This document shows, one piece after another, positions 27,192 to 35,476 of a stretch of DNA of 64,000 nt. Each line of letters starts with the position of its first letter. Position 1 is the first letter of the stretch. The stretch comes from Desulfuromonadales bacterium (GTDB taxonomy: Bacteria > Desulfobacterota > Desulfuromonadia > Desulfuromonadales > JAWOCM01), in the NCBI GenBank assembly GCA_046483795.1, contig JAWOCM010000053.1, forward strand, positions 203-64,202. The letters are read 5' to 3'. Both the position numbers and the translations under genes were made by a program. Under the pieces are notes generated by a model, which ran no database searches, was not told the origin of the DNA, and saw only the letters and a list, made by a program, of their open reading frames with translations.

Positions 27192-29147
27192 ATGGCTGCC
27201 ACAGTCCTCGTCGTTGAAGATCATGACAAGTTCGCTGCTCTGCTGCAATCGCTGCTCGAACGCAATGGATTCAACGTCGAACTGGCTGAAGACGGCGTAG
27301 AGGCCCTTTCGGCTGTGGCACGTCGGCGACCTGATGCTGTGCTGCTCGATCTGCGTCTGCCGCGACTCTCCGGGATCGAGGTGCTGAAAAAGATCCGCAA
27401 GGCATCGGGAAGCCGTGACCTCCCGGTCATCGTTCTCTCCGGCGCTTACCGCGGGGAGGAGAATGCCCGAGCCGCTCTGAGCATGGGAGCAAGCGCCTTT
27501 CTGGAAAAACCCTGCAAGTCCGAAGAACTTCTGCGGACCCTCCGATCGGCGCTCGGTGGCGATTCGATGTCCGCTCCCCCCGCAAACCGCCTCTCTCTCG
27601 ACCTTTTGCTAGTCGAGGCGTTCCGGTCGCGCTTTTGCGGACATTACCTTTTGGACATCTCCGGACGGGAGCACCAGATCACCCTGCTCAACGGTGTCCC
27701 TTTTTCCCTGCGTCCCGGCTTCCGCCGGGAAGACTTCGGCTCTTTTCTGCACCAGAAAGGGTTGATCAACGAACATATCCTCGATTACTACCGGCGGGAC
27801 GCCGACCGGGACCCTTTCGTCTTCGTTCAGACAGGGTACCTTGAATACGGCGCTCTGCTGCAGGAGCAGATACTCTACATCACTGACGAACTCTGTTCGG
27901 CCCTGCAATCGGTCCCCGAGCAGATCAGCCGTCGGGAGCACACTTTTCCGTCCGGTCTGCAGCCGGTCACCGTCAACGTGCCCCAGATCCTCTACCAGGG
28001 ACACAGCCGTCATCTCAAGTCATGGAACGAACTGGCGCCTTATGCCGGACACTACCCCGCCCCCTCTGCCGATTACTACCGCTACATCAATTTCATCGCC
28101 CTCTCTGTCCAGGACCGGCAACTGCTGCAAAGCCTCGACGGACAAAAGCAGCTCGCAGCCTGCCTGGAAGGGAACGACAACCCCGCTCCCCTGCTCAAGA
28201 CCCTGGCCGACCTCGGCATGCTGCACTTTGCGACGACGCCTACAACCCCCGCAGCTCCTTCGGACGATCTTCCCCCCATCCATTCCCTCTTCAACCGCCT
28301 TGAAGAAGAGAAGGAAACGGTCGACGAACCGTACGAGAACTTCGCGGATCTGCTCGATGGCGCTGACGATTTCACCGCACCTGAAACGCCGGCGCCAGAT
28401 CACCAGGCGGCGCCCGATGACTCCTCCTCCATGGGAGCCCAGGTCCGCAAACTGGCCGAAGAACTGCAAGGCAAGAGCTATTACGACATGCTGGGATTGT
28501 CGCAGCAGAAGTTCTCTTTCGACACCCTCAAGGAAAACTATTTCCGCCTGACCCGGCAGCTGGGACCGGAAGTCATCATGCAGCTCACCGGCGAGGATGC
28601 CGCTCTGGCGGAAGAGCTGCTGTCCAACCTCTCCAGCGCCTACAATACCCTCTCGGATGTGGTTAAAAAGGAGAGCTACGACGAAATTTTCGGCTCGGAT
28701 GAGATAGGCCTGGGGCGGGAAGGGGATGATGAATTCCAGGCGGAAGTCCAGTTCCAGTCGGGCAAGGTCTTCATCGACATGGAAGACTGGGCCGGCGCCG
28801 AAAAAGCTCTGCGCGAAGCGTACAACGCCGACCAGACCAACGGCGTGGTTCTGGCCCACCTTGCGTGGTCGATCTACCAGAATCCCAAAAACCACAGCAG
28901 CAGGGCCATGCGCGACAAGGCCCGCCAGATGCTCAACAAGTCCCTCGCACTCGGTCGGCACGCCGAAGGCTTCACCTTCAAGGGCTGGATCCTCCTCGAA
29001 GGGGAGCAACCGTCCCTGGCCGAAGCCGAATTCAACAAAGCCCTCAAGCTCAACGCCCGCAATTCCCTGGCCCGAAAAGGACTGCGTCTGGTTCAGGAGC
29101 GTCGCGAGCAGGACAAAAAAGGGCTTTTCCGGCGGATGTTTACCTGA
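27192..29147 (+). CDS. Response regulator receiver protein with central DUF4388-like region, HPD-less J-like domain and C-terminal TPR-like repeats
   Basis: 651 aa. REC (VLVVEDHDKF...VLLDLRLPRLSG). J-like segment KSYYDMLGLSQQKFSFDTLKENYFRLTRQLGPE...AYNTLSDVVKKESYDEIFG, where canonical HPD reads GPE. The C-terminus has a TPR-like helical character. Confidence 0.75.
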   Translation: MAATVLVVEDHDKFAALLQSLLERNGFNVELAEDGVEALSAVARRRPDAVLLDLRLPRLSGIEVLKKIRKASGSRDLPVIVLSGAYRGEENARAALSMGASAFLEKPCKSEELLRTLRSALGGDSMSAPPANRLSLDLLLVEAFRSRFCGHYLLDISGREHQITLLNGVPFSLRPGFRREDFGSFLHQKGLINEHILDYYRRDADRDPFVFVQTGYLEYGALLQEQILYITDELCSALQSVPEQISRREHTFPSGLQPVTVNVPQILYQGHSRHLKSWNELAPYAGHYPAPSADYYRYINFIALSVQDRQLLQSLDGQKQLAACLEGNDNPAPLLKTLADLGMLHFATTPTTPAAPSDDLPPIHSLFNRLEEEKETVDEPYENFADLLDGADDFTAPETPAPDHQAAPDDSSSMGAQVRKLAEELQGKSYYDMLGLSQQKFSFDTLKENYFRLTRQLGPEVIMQLTGEDAALAEELLSNLSSAYNTLSDVVKKESYDEIFGSDEIGLGREGDDEFQAEVQFQSGKVFIDMEDWAGAEKALREAYNADQTNGVVLAHLAWSIYQNPKNHSSRAMRDKARQMLNKSLALGRHAEGFTFKGWILLEGEQPSLAEAEFNKALKLNARNSLARKGLRLVQERREQDKKGLFRRMFT

Positions 29148-29252
29148 CGGCGCCGGCCTTCATGTCACCAGAAGGTCTCATCTCCAGCTCTTCCCTCCGC
29201 AGTTTCCAGACTCTCTTTTTATCGCCGGCATCGATTATTTCCCGTTGACTCC

Positions 29253-29268
29253 ATCCGCCTGAGCGGAT
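29253..29268. promoter_or_regulatory. Candidate ArsR operator 1 (ATCCGC-N4-GCGGAT) inside the arsR promoter
   Basis: ATCCGCCTGAGCGGAT sits between TTGACT (29245..29250) and TACGAT (29268..29273), which are 17 nt apart. The arsR ATG at 29280 is only 7 nt after the -10 box. Confidence 0.5.
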
Positions 29269-29279
29269 ACGATTGCCGT

Positions 29280-29627
29280 ATGAAAAAAACCGCTCAAACG
29301 TTTAAAGCCCTCGCCGACGAAACCCGCCTTCGCATCCTCGCCTTGCTTTTGGACGGGGAGTTGTGCGTCTGCGACCTCATGGCGATACTGGGCCTCCCCC
29401 AATCGACCATTTCCCGGCACCTGGCCTATCTGCGCAACGCCGGTTGGGTCGAGGACCGTCGGCAGGGTATCTGGATGTTCTACCGTCTGGCAGACAGCGA
29501 AGACCCTTTTATTGTGGATCTGAGGTCTCTGCTGGAGGCACATCTGCCAAAGCTTCCGCAGTCGAAAAAGGATATCCGGATGCTGCAGGCCTTCAGGGAT
29601 GAAAAGAAGCCCGGAAAATGCGGATAA
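29280..29627 (+). CDS. arsR: ArsR/SmtB family arsenic-responsive repressor
   Basis: 115 aa. LADETRLRILALLLDGELCVCDLMAILGLPQSTISRHLAYLRNAG contains the ELCVCDL As(III)-binding motif and a winged HTH. Confidence 0.93.
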   Translation: MKKTAQTFKALADETRLRILALLLDGELCVCDLMAILGLPQSTISRHLAYLRNAGWVEDRRQGIWMFYRLADSEDPFIVDLRSLLEAHLPKLPQSKKDIRMLQAFRDEKKPGKCG

Positions 29628-29644
29628 AAAAATTTCCTCATTTA

Positions 29645-29660
29645 ATCCGCTCATGCGGAT
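29645..29660. promoter_or_regulatory. Candidate ArsR operator 2 (ATCCGC-N4-GCGGAT) upstream of gapdh-arsJ
   Basis: ATCCGCTCATGCGGAT has the same half-sites as operator 1 and is followed by TATACT (29663..29668). A further GCGGAT half-site at 29620..29625 overlaps the arsR stop. Confidence 0.5.
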
Positions 29661-29809
29661 AATATACTCGGGATGATGCGTAAAGTGAAAATCCTGGAGC
29701 CGGGTAAAGGCCGGGAGAATTCTTCCGGTACGGAGGGGAAATCGACGTATAAACTGATCTATGAATCGGAAATGTCCCAATTTTGCGGTCTATAAAAGAG
29801 GAGTGACAC

Positions 29810-30817
29810 ATGAGCATTCGAGTCGGAATCAACGGTTTCGGCCGCATGGGGCGTCTGGCGCTGAGGGAGTCCTGGGACTGGCCAGAACTGAAGATCGTTC
29901 ACATCAACGAGATCAAGGGAGGCCCTGAGACGGCGGCCCACCTGCTGGAGTTCGACTCGGTGCACGGCCGATGGGACCGGGAGATCCGGTCAGACGGGAA
30001 AGCCGTAGTTATCGACGGGGCGGCGGTCGGCTTCAGCGAACACAAGAATCCCGGTGAGGTCCCCTGGGGCGATCTGGGCGTCGATATCGTCATCGAGTCC
30101 TCAGGCAAGTTCCGCACCCCGGAAGTGCTGCAGCCCTATTTCGACGCCGGAGTGAAGAAGGTGATCGTCGCGGCTCCGGTGAAAGAGGGGGCCCTCAATG
30201 TCGTCATGGGAGTGAACGACGATCTCTACGACCCGGCCGAACACCACCTGCTCACTGCCGCATCCTGCACCACCAACTGCCTGGCGCCGGTGGTGAAGGT
30301 GCTGCACGAGAAGATCGGCATCGAGCACGGTGTGATCACCACCATCCACGACGCCACCAACACCCAGGTGATAGTCGACGCCCCGCACAAAGATCTGCGC
30401 CGGGCACGGGCGGCGAGCATGTCGTTGATCCCCACCACCACGGGAAGCGCCACGGCCATCACCTTGATTTATCCCGAACTCCAGGGGAAGCTCAACGGCC
30501 ACGCAGTGCGGGTTCCCCTGCTCACCGGCTCGATGACCGACGCGGTCTTCGAGATGAAGCGGAAGGTCACCGCCGAGGAGGTGAACGGCCTGTTCCAGAA
30601 GGCTGCAGAGACCGATCTGCGGGGGATTCTCGGCATCGAGTACCGTCCTCTGGTCTCCATCGACTTCAAGAGCGACCCGCGCTCGGCCGTCGTCGACGCC
30701 CCCTCGACCATGGTCGTCGACGGGACGCAGTTGAAGATCTTCGCCTGGTACGACAACGAGATGGGCTATGTGCACCGCCTGATGGAACTGGCGAAGAAAG
30801 TGGCGTGCTCGATGTAG
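29810..30817 (+). CDS. gap: Type I glyceraldehyde-3-phosphate dehydrogenase, ars-cluster paralogue
   Basis: 335 aa. INGFGRMGR and the catalytic [10 protein letters not shown]. It lies directly upstream of arsJ. The TAG stop lies inside the GTAGGGG of REP copy B. Confidence 0.93.
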   Translation: MSIRVGINGFGRMGRLALRESWDWPELKIVHINEIKGGPETAAHLLEFDSVHGRWDREIRSDGKAVVIDGAAVGFSEHKNPGEVPWGDLGVDIVIESSGKFRTPEVLQPYFDAGVKKVIVAAPVKEGALNVVMGVNDDLYDPAEHHLLTAASCTTNCLAPVVKVLHEKIGIEHGVITTIHDATNTQVIVDAPHKDLRRARAASMSLIPTTTGSATAITLIYPELQGKLNGHAVRVPLLTGSMTDAVFEMKRKVTAEEVNGLFQKAAETDLRGILGIEYRPLVSIDFKSDPRSAVVDAPSTMVVDGTQLKIFAWYDNEMGYVHRLMELAKKVACSM

Positions 30818-30889
30818 GGGCTGACCCGTGTGTCTGACCATCAGCGGTCCTTCATTTCGAACAGGGCGAACACAGGGGTTCGCCCCTAC
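30814..30889. repeat. REP-like paired-hairpin element, copy B
   Basis: GTAGGGGCTGACCCGTGTGTCTGACC (degenerate left half) and GGGCGAACACAGGGGTTCGCCCCTAC (perfect 8-bp hairpin). It lies between gapdh and arsJ. Confidence 0.8.
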
Positions 30890-30901
30890 GGGAACCGAAC
30901 C

Positions 30902-32131
30902 ATGACCGACCTTCGCAACTACACCCTGGTGACCGGAGCCTACTGGGGCTTCACCCTCACCGACGGCGCGCTGCGCATGCTGGTGCTGCTGCACTTTCAC
31001 CAGCTGGGCTACTCGCCTGTGCAGATCGCCTTCCTCTTTCTCTTCTACGAGTTCTTCGGCATCGTCACCAACCTGCTCGGCGGCTGGATCGGCTCCCATC
31101 TGGGGCTCAGGATCACTCTGTTCGCCGGTCTCGCCCTCCAGGTCGTCGCGCTCTCCATGCTGGCACTGCTCGATCCCGGCTGGTCGGTGACCGTCTCCGT
31201 GGCCTACGTGATGGCCGCCCAGGCCCTTTCGGGAATCGCCAAGGACCTCACCAAGATGAGCAGCAAGAGCGCCATCAAGGTCCTGATTCCGGAAGATGCT
31301 CAGGGGACACTGTTCAAGTGGGTGGCGATCCTCACCGGTTCGAAGAACGCCCTCAAGGGGGCCGGGTTCTTTCTCGGCGGGGTGCTGCTGGGCCGGATCG
31401 GCTTCCGCGCCTCTCTCTTCGCCATGGCAGCGGCGCTGGCCCTTGTCCTGGCGGCGGTCATCTTCTCCCTTCCCGGGGAGATGGGGCGAGCGAAGGTAAA
31501 GGTGAAGTTCAGGAGCATCCTCGCCAAGAGCCGCAACATCAATCTCCTCTCGGCGGCCCGCCTCTTCCTCTTCGGCTCCCGCGATATCTGGTTTGTGGTC
31601 GGACTGCCGGTCTACCTGGCCAGCAGGCTCGACTGGAGCCACGGGGAGGTCGGCGGCTTTCTCGCCCTCTGGGTGATCGGGTACGGAGGGGTCCAGGCCC
31701 TGGCGCCGAAGCTTCTCAGTCGTGGTCTTGCAGGCGGCCCGCCGAAGGGGGGAACGGCCGCCGTCGGAGCCTTCATACTGGCCGCGCTGACGAGCCTGAT
31801 CGCGCTGGGCGTCCACGCGGGGCTCTCCCCCTGGCTGACGGTGGTGGCCGGTCTCGCCCTGTTCGGAGTCGTCTTCGCCGTCAACTCCTCGGTGCACTCC
31901 TACCTGGTCCTGGCCTACACCGAAAGCGACCAGGCCGCCCTCAACGTCGGGTTCTACTATATGGCCAACGCCGCCGGAAGGCTGATCGGTACCCTCCTCT
32001 CGGGGGTTGTCTTTCAGGTCGCCGGACTGACGGGCTGCCTGTGGGTCTCGGCCGCCTTCGTTCTTACCGCCGGCGGGCTGTCGATGCTGCTGCCGCGGGG
32101 AGAGCGGACAAGGGAACTGCGAGCGCAGTGA
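30902..32131 (+). CDS. arsJ: MFS organoarsenical efflux permease, ArsJ-like
   Basis: 409 aa from MTDLRNYTLVTGAYWGFTLTDGALRMLVLLHFHQLGYSP. It has a 12-TM MFS pattern and sits next to an ars-linked GAPDH. The start is set at ATG 30902; the upstream part of the track ORF is REP translation. Confidence 0.85.
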   Translation: MTDLRNYTLVTGAYWGFTLTDGALRMLVLLHFHQLGYSPVQIAFLFLFYEFFGIVTNLLGGWIGSHLGLRITLFAGLALQVVALSMLALLDPGWSVTVSVAYVMAAQALSGIAKDLTKMSSKSAIKVLIPEDAQGTLFKWVAILTGSKNALKGAGFFLGGVLLGRIGFRASLFAMAAALALVLAAVIFSLPGEMGRAKVKVKFRSILAKSRNINLLSAARLFLFGSRDIWFVVGLPVYLASRLDWSHGEVGGFLALWVIGYGGVQALAPKLLSRGLAGGPPKGGTAAVGAFILAALTSLIALGVHAGLSPWLTVVAGLALFGVVFAVNSSVHSYLVLAYTESDQAALNVGFYYMANAAGRLIGTLLSGVVFQVAGLTGCLWVSAAFVLTAGGLSMLLPRGERTRELRAQ

Positions 32132-32134
32132 AAC

Positions 32135-32211
32135 GCAGGGGCGAAATTCGTGTTCGTCCTTGACCTTTTTGGCCACCCAGAACCAGGGCAGACACAGGGG
32201 TCTGCCCCTAC
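32135..32211. repeat. REP-like paired-hairpin element, copy C (left half degenerate)
   Basis: GCAGGGGCGAAATTCGTGTTCGTCC (decayed) and GGGCAGACACAGGGGTCTGCCCCTAC (perfect 8-bp hairpin). It starts 3 nt after the arsJ stop. Confidence 0.7.
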
Positions 32212-32241
32212 ATCGAATCGGAATCAACGGAGGATTTTATC

Positions 32242-33309
32242 ATGTCGACCATCTCCAGACGTCTCTCCGTCCTCGACCGCTATCTCACCCTGTGGATCTT
32301 CGTCGCCATGGCGGTGGGGGTCGGCGCCGGCTGGTTGATACCGGGTATGAAGGATTTCGTCAACATCTTCACAGTCGGAACGACCAACATCCCCATCGCT
32401 CTTGGCCTGATCCTGATGCTGTACCCGCCTTTCGCCAAAGTACGCTACGAGGAGATGCCGGACGTCTTTCGCAACAAGAAGATCCTGGGGCTCTCGCTGG
32501 TGCAGAACTGGCTGATCGGGCCGATCCTCATGTTCATCCTCGCCGTTATCTTCCTCCAGGGGTATCCCGAGTACATGGTGGGCCTGATCATGATCGGCCT
32601 GGCGCGCTGCATCGCCATGGTCATCGTCTGGAACGAACTGGCCGAGGGCAATACCGAATACGCGGCCGGCCTGGTCGCCTTCAACAGCGTGTTCCAGGTC
32701 CTTTTCTTCAGCCTCTACGCCTGGTTCTTCATCAGCGTCCTGCCGCCTTTCTTCGGTCTGGAAGGGGCAGTGGTCGATATCAGCATCGGCGAGATCGCCG
32801 AGAGCGTCTTCATCTACCTCGGCATCCCCTTCCTGGCAGGGGCGCTGACCCGCCTCGTCGGCGTCAAGGCGATGGGGCGCGAGCGCTACCACGCCGCGGT
32901 GGTCCCGAAGATCAGTCCCATCACGCTGATCGCTTTGCTCTTCACCATCCTGGTCATGTTCAGCCTCAAGGGGGAGCTCATCGTGCAGATTCCCATGGAC
33001 GTGGTGCGCATCGCCATCCCTCTTCTGATCTACTTCGTGCTGATGTTCCTGGTCTCCTTCTACATGGGCAAAAAGATCGGCTCCGACTATGGCAGAACCA
33101 CCACCCTGGCCTTCACCGCGGCGAGCAACAACTTCGAGCTGGCCATCGCGGTATCCATCGCCGTCTTCGGCATCAATTCCGGAGCGGCCTTCGCCGCGGT
33201 CATCGGGCCGCTGGTCGAGGTGCCGGTCATGATCGGACTGGTCCACGTCGCCTTCTGGTTCCAGAGACGGTATTTCGTCTCTCAATCCCGGGCCACCTCG
33301 ACCAGTTGA
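32242..33309 (+). CDS. acr3: Arsenite efflux transporter, ACR3 family
   Basis: 355 aa. [30 protein letters not shown]..., a 10-TM BART-superfamily pattern, and a GGAGGA RBS. Confidence 0.95.
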   Translation: MSTISRRLSVLDRYLTLWIFVAMAVGVGAGWLIPGMKDFVNIFTVGTTNIPIALGLILMLYPPFAKVRYEEMPDVFRNKKILGLSLVQNWLIGPILMFILAVIFLQGYPEYMVGLIMIGLARCIAMVIVWNELAEGNTEYAAGLVAFNSVFQVLFFSLYAWFFISVLPPFFGLEGAVVDISIGEIAESVFIYLGIPFLAGALTRLVGVKAMGRERYHAAVVPKISPITLIALLFTILVMFSLKGELIVQIPMDVVRIAIPLLIYFVLMFLVSFYMGKKIGSDYGRTTTLAFTAASNNFELAIAVSIAVFGINSGAAFAAVIGPLVEVPVMIGLVHVAFWFQRRYFVSQSRATSTS

Positions 33310-33358
33310 AAAGGAGATTGCGCTTGCAAATAAAGGCAGGAATGATGGAGCATTCTGC

Positions 33359-34678
33359 ATGAACTGGAAAGAGGAATGGAAGCCGCTTGCCGCGATCATT
33401 GCAGTATTCACGGCTGTGTACTGGCTGCCGGTGGAATGGATGCAGCAGAGCCGGCGGGTTGAAAACGCCCTCTGGGAATCGCTGCACCTTGCCAAGTGGT
33501 ATGCACAGGAACATGTCCTGCTCTGCCTGGTGCCGGCCTTCTTCATCGCCGGCGCGGTTGGGGTTTTCGTCAGCCAGACGGCGGTGATGAAGTACCTCGG
33601 TCCCAGGGCGAACAAGTTTTTGGCCTATGGAGTGGCGTCGGTATCGGGGAGCATTCTGGCGGTCTGTTCCTGCACCATTCTGCCCCTTTTTGCCGGCATC
33701 TATCGCATGGGGGCAGGACTGGGACCGGCGACTGCGTTCCTTTATTCGGGGCCGGCCATCAACATCCTGGCCATCGTCCTTACGGCCGCCGTCCTCGGCC
33801 CGGAAATGGGGATTGCCCGGGCTGTGGGAGCGGTGGTCTTCGCCGTGGTCATCGGTCTGCTCATGCATTTTTTCTTCCGCAAGGATGAGATGGCCAAGAT
33901 GGAAGCGGCAGAGGGCTTTCCGGAGCCGGAAGTGAGCCGTCCCCTTTGGCAGAACGTTCTCTATTTCGGCAGCATGGTCGGCATACTCGTCTTTGCCAAC
34001 TGGGGACAGGCCACCGGGGACAGCGGCCTCTGGTACGCCATTTACGCCTCCAAGTGGTACATCACCTCCTTCTTCGCCCTGGCGCTGGCCGCGATTCTGG
34101 TCGCCTGGTTCAATGTCGGCCGAAGTCAAATGGTGCTCGTCAGCCTTCCGGTATTGGTCCTCGCATTCGCCGTCCCGGAGCATCCTACACTGGCTTTTGT
34201 CGCCGGAGCGCTCGGTCTGTCCGTTCTGACGGCCACCGGCGGCCACGATGACGACGAACTGCACGAGTGGTTCGCCACGACATGGGACTTCGCGAAGAAG
34301 ATACTGCCCCTGCTCTTTTTCGGTGTGCTGATCGCCGGTGCCCTGCTCGGCCGCCCCGGCCAGGAGGCTCTGATACCCTCCGGATGGATCTCGGCACTGG
34401 TGGGAGGCAACTCCCTGGGGGCCAATCTGTTCGCCTCGGTGGTGGGAGCGTTCATGTACTTCGCCACCCTGACGGAGGTGCCGATCCTGCAGGGCCTTAT
34501 AGGTGCGGGAATGGGCAAGGGTCCCGCGCTCGCGCTGCTTCTGGCTGGACCGGCTCTGTCGCTGCCCAACATGCTGGTCATCCGCAGCGTCATGGGGACG
34601 AAAAAAACCCTGGTCTTCATCTGTCTCGTGATTGTCATGGCGACGATCTCGGGGTTGATTTATGGGGCACTGTTTTAA
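33359..34678 (+). CDS. Permease of the ArsP_1 (YraQ-like, PF03773-type) family
   Basis: 439-aa polytopic membrane protein with a vicinal Cys motif VCSCTILPLF, as in ArsP-type permeases. It is followed by the small CxxC thioredoxin-fold partner that typically accompanies this family. Confidence 0.8.
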   Translation: MNWKEEWKPLAAIIAVFTAVYWLPVEWMQQSRRVENALWESLHLAKWYAQEHVLLCLVPAFFIAGAVGVFVSQTAVMKYLGPRANKFLAYGVASVSGSILAVCSCTILPLFAGIYRMGAGLGPATAFLYSGPAINILAIVLTAAVLGPEMGIARAVGAVVFAVVIGLLMHFFFRKDEMAKMEAAEGFPEPEVSRPLWQNVLYFGSMVGILVFANWGQATGDSGLWYAIYASKWYITSFFALALAAILVAWFNVGRSQMVLVSLPVLVLAFAVPEHPTLAFVAGALGLSVLTATGGHDDDELHEWFATTWDFAKKILPLLFFGVLIAGALLGRPGQEALIPSGWISALVGGNSLGANLFASVVGAFMYFATLTEVPILQGLIGAGMGKGPALALLLAGPALSLPNMLVIRSVMGTKKTLVFICLVIVMATISGLIYGALF

Positions 34679-34681
34679 TCC

Positions 34682-34753
34682 GTAGGGGCGCACCCGCGTA
34701 TGCGCCCTGTCCCGTGTGTGCCACCCAGGGCGGACACAATGGTTCCGCCCCTA
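34682..34753. repeat. REP-like paired-hairpin element, copy D
   Basis: GTAGGGGCGCACCCGCGTATGCGCCC and GGGCGGACACAATGGTTCCGCCCCTAC, with 7-bp hairpins in each half. It starts 3 nt after the permease stop. Confidence 0.8.
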
Positions 34754-34778
34754 CATCAATTGAAAGGAAGATAAAACA

Positions 34779-35015
34779 ATGAAGAAAATCCAGATTTTGG
34801 GAACCGGCTGCGCCAAATGCAACGAACTCGCTGCCAATGCCGAAAAGGCGGCTTCAACGCTGGGCGAAGATGTGGAATTGGAAAAAGTCACCGGAATCAA
34901 CGAGATCATGACGTTCGGAGTGATGACCACCCCCGGACTGGCCATAGACGGCAAGGTTGTCTCCCAGGGGAAGGTCCTCAAACCTGACCAGATTGTCGAA
35001 TTTCTCCGTTCCTGA
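34779..35015 (+). CDS. Small thioredoxin-fold protein (redox-active disulfide protein 2 type)
   Basis: 78 aa. MKKIQILGTGCAKCNELAANAEKAA...TPGLAIDGKVV, with a CxxC at the N-terminus. The RBS is AAAGGAAG. Confidence 0.85.
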   Translation: MKKIQILGTGCAKCNELAANAEKAASTLGEDVELEKVTGINEIMTFGVMTTPGLAIDGKVVSQGKVLKPDQIVEFLRS

Positions 35016-35053
35016 GCCTGTCCCGGAAAACCGATACAAGACGATGAGGTGAT

Positions 35054-35464
35054 ATGATGTCCCTGCGCAAACTTTTCGCACCCGCTATGGTATTTCTGCT
35101 CTTCCTGGGCCTCGCGGCCTGCAGCAATGCCGACTCTTCGAATACAGCGCAGGCGGAGAACGGACCTGCCTCTGCCGAGGGGCTGCCGCGCCTGCTCGAA
35201 CTGGGCGCGGACAAGTGCGTTCCCTGCAAGATGATGGCGCCGATTCTGAAGGAACTGGAAGAGCAATACGCCGGCCGGATGGAGGTTCAATTCATCGATG
35301 TCTGGAAGAACAGGGAAAAGGCATCGGAATATCGTGTCCAGATGATCCCGACCCAGATTTTTTTCGACGAAAAGGGGAATGAACTGTATCGTCACAGGGG
35401 GTTCATCGCCAAAGAGGATATTCTCGCCAAGTGGCGGGAACTGGGCTACGACTTCAACAACTGA
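35054..35464 (+). CDS. Thioredoxin-like lipoprotein (periplasmic CxxC oxidoreductase)
   Basis: 136 aa. Lipobox LGLAAC and a thioredoxin motif ADKCVPCKMMAPIL. Confidence 0.75.
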   Translation: MMSLRKLFAPAMVFLLFLGLAACSNADSSNTAQAENGPASAEGLPRLLELGADKCVPCKMMAPILKELEEQYAGRMEVQFIDVWKNREKASEYRVQMIPTQIFFDEKGNELYRHRGFIAKEDILAKWRELGYDFNN

Positions 35465-35476
35465 CGGGATGGTTTT

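Noticed and set aside
32160-33362. An alternative plus-strand 400-aa ORF overlapping acr3 in another frame.
   Set aside because: Its product is Arg/Gly/Pro-rich and non-membrane-like. The 355-aa frame gives a textbook ACR3 protein with a GGAGGA RBS.
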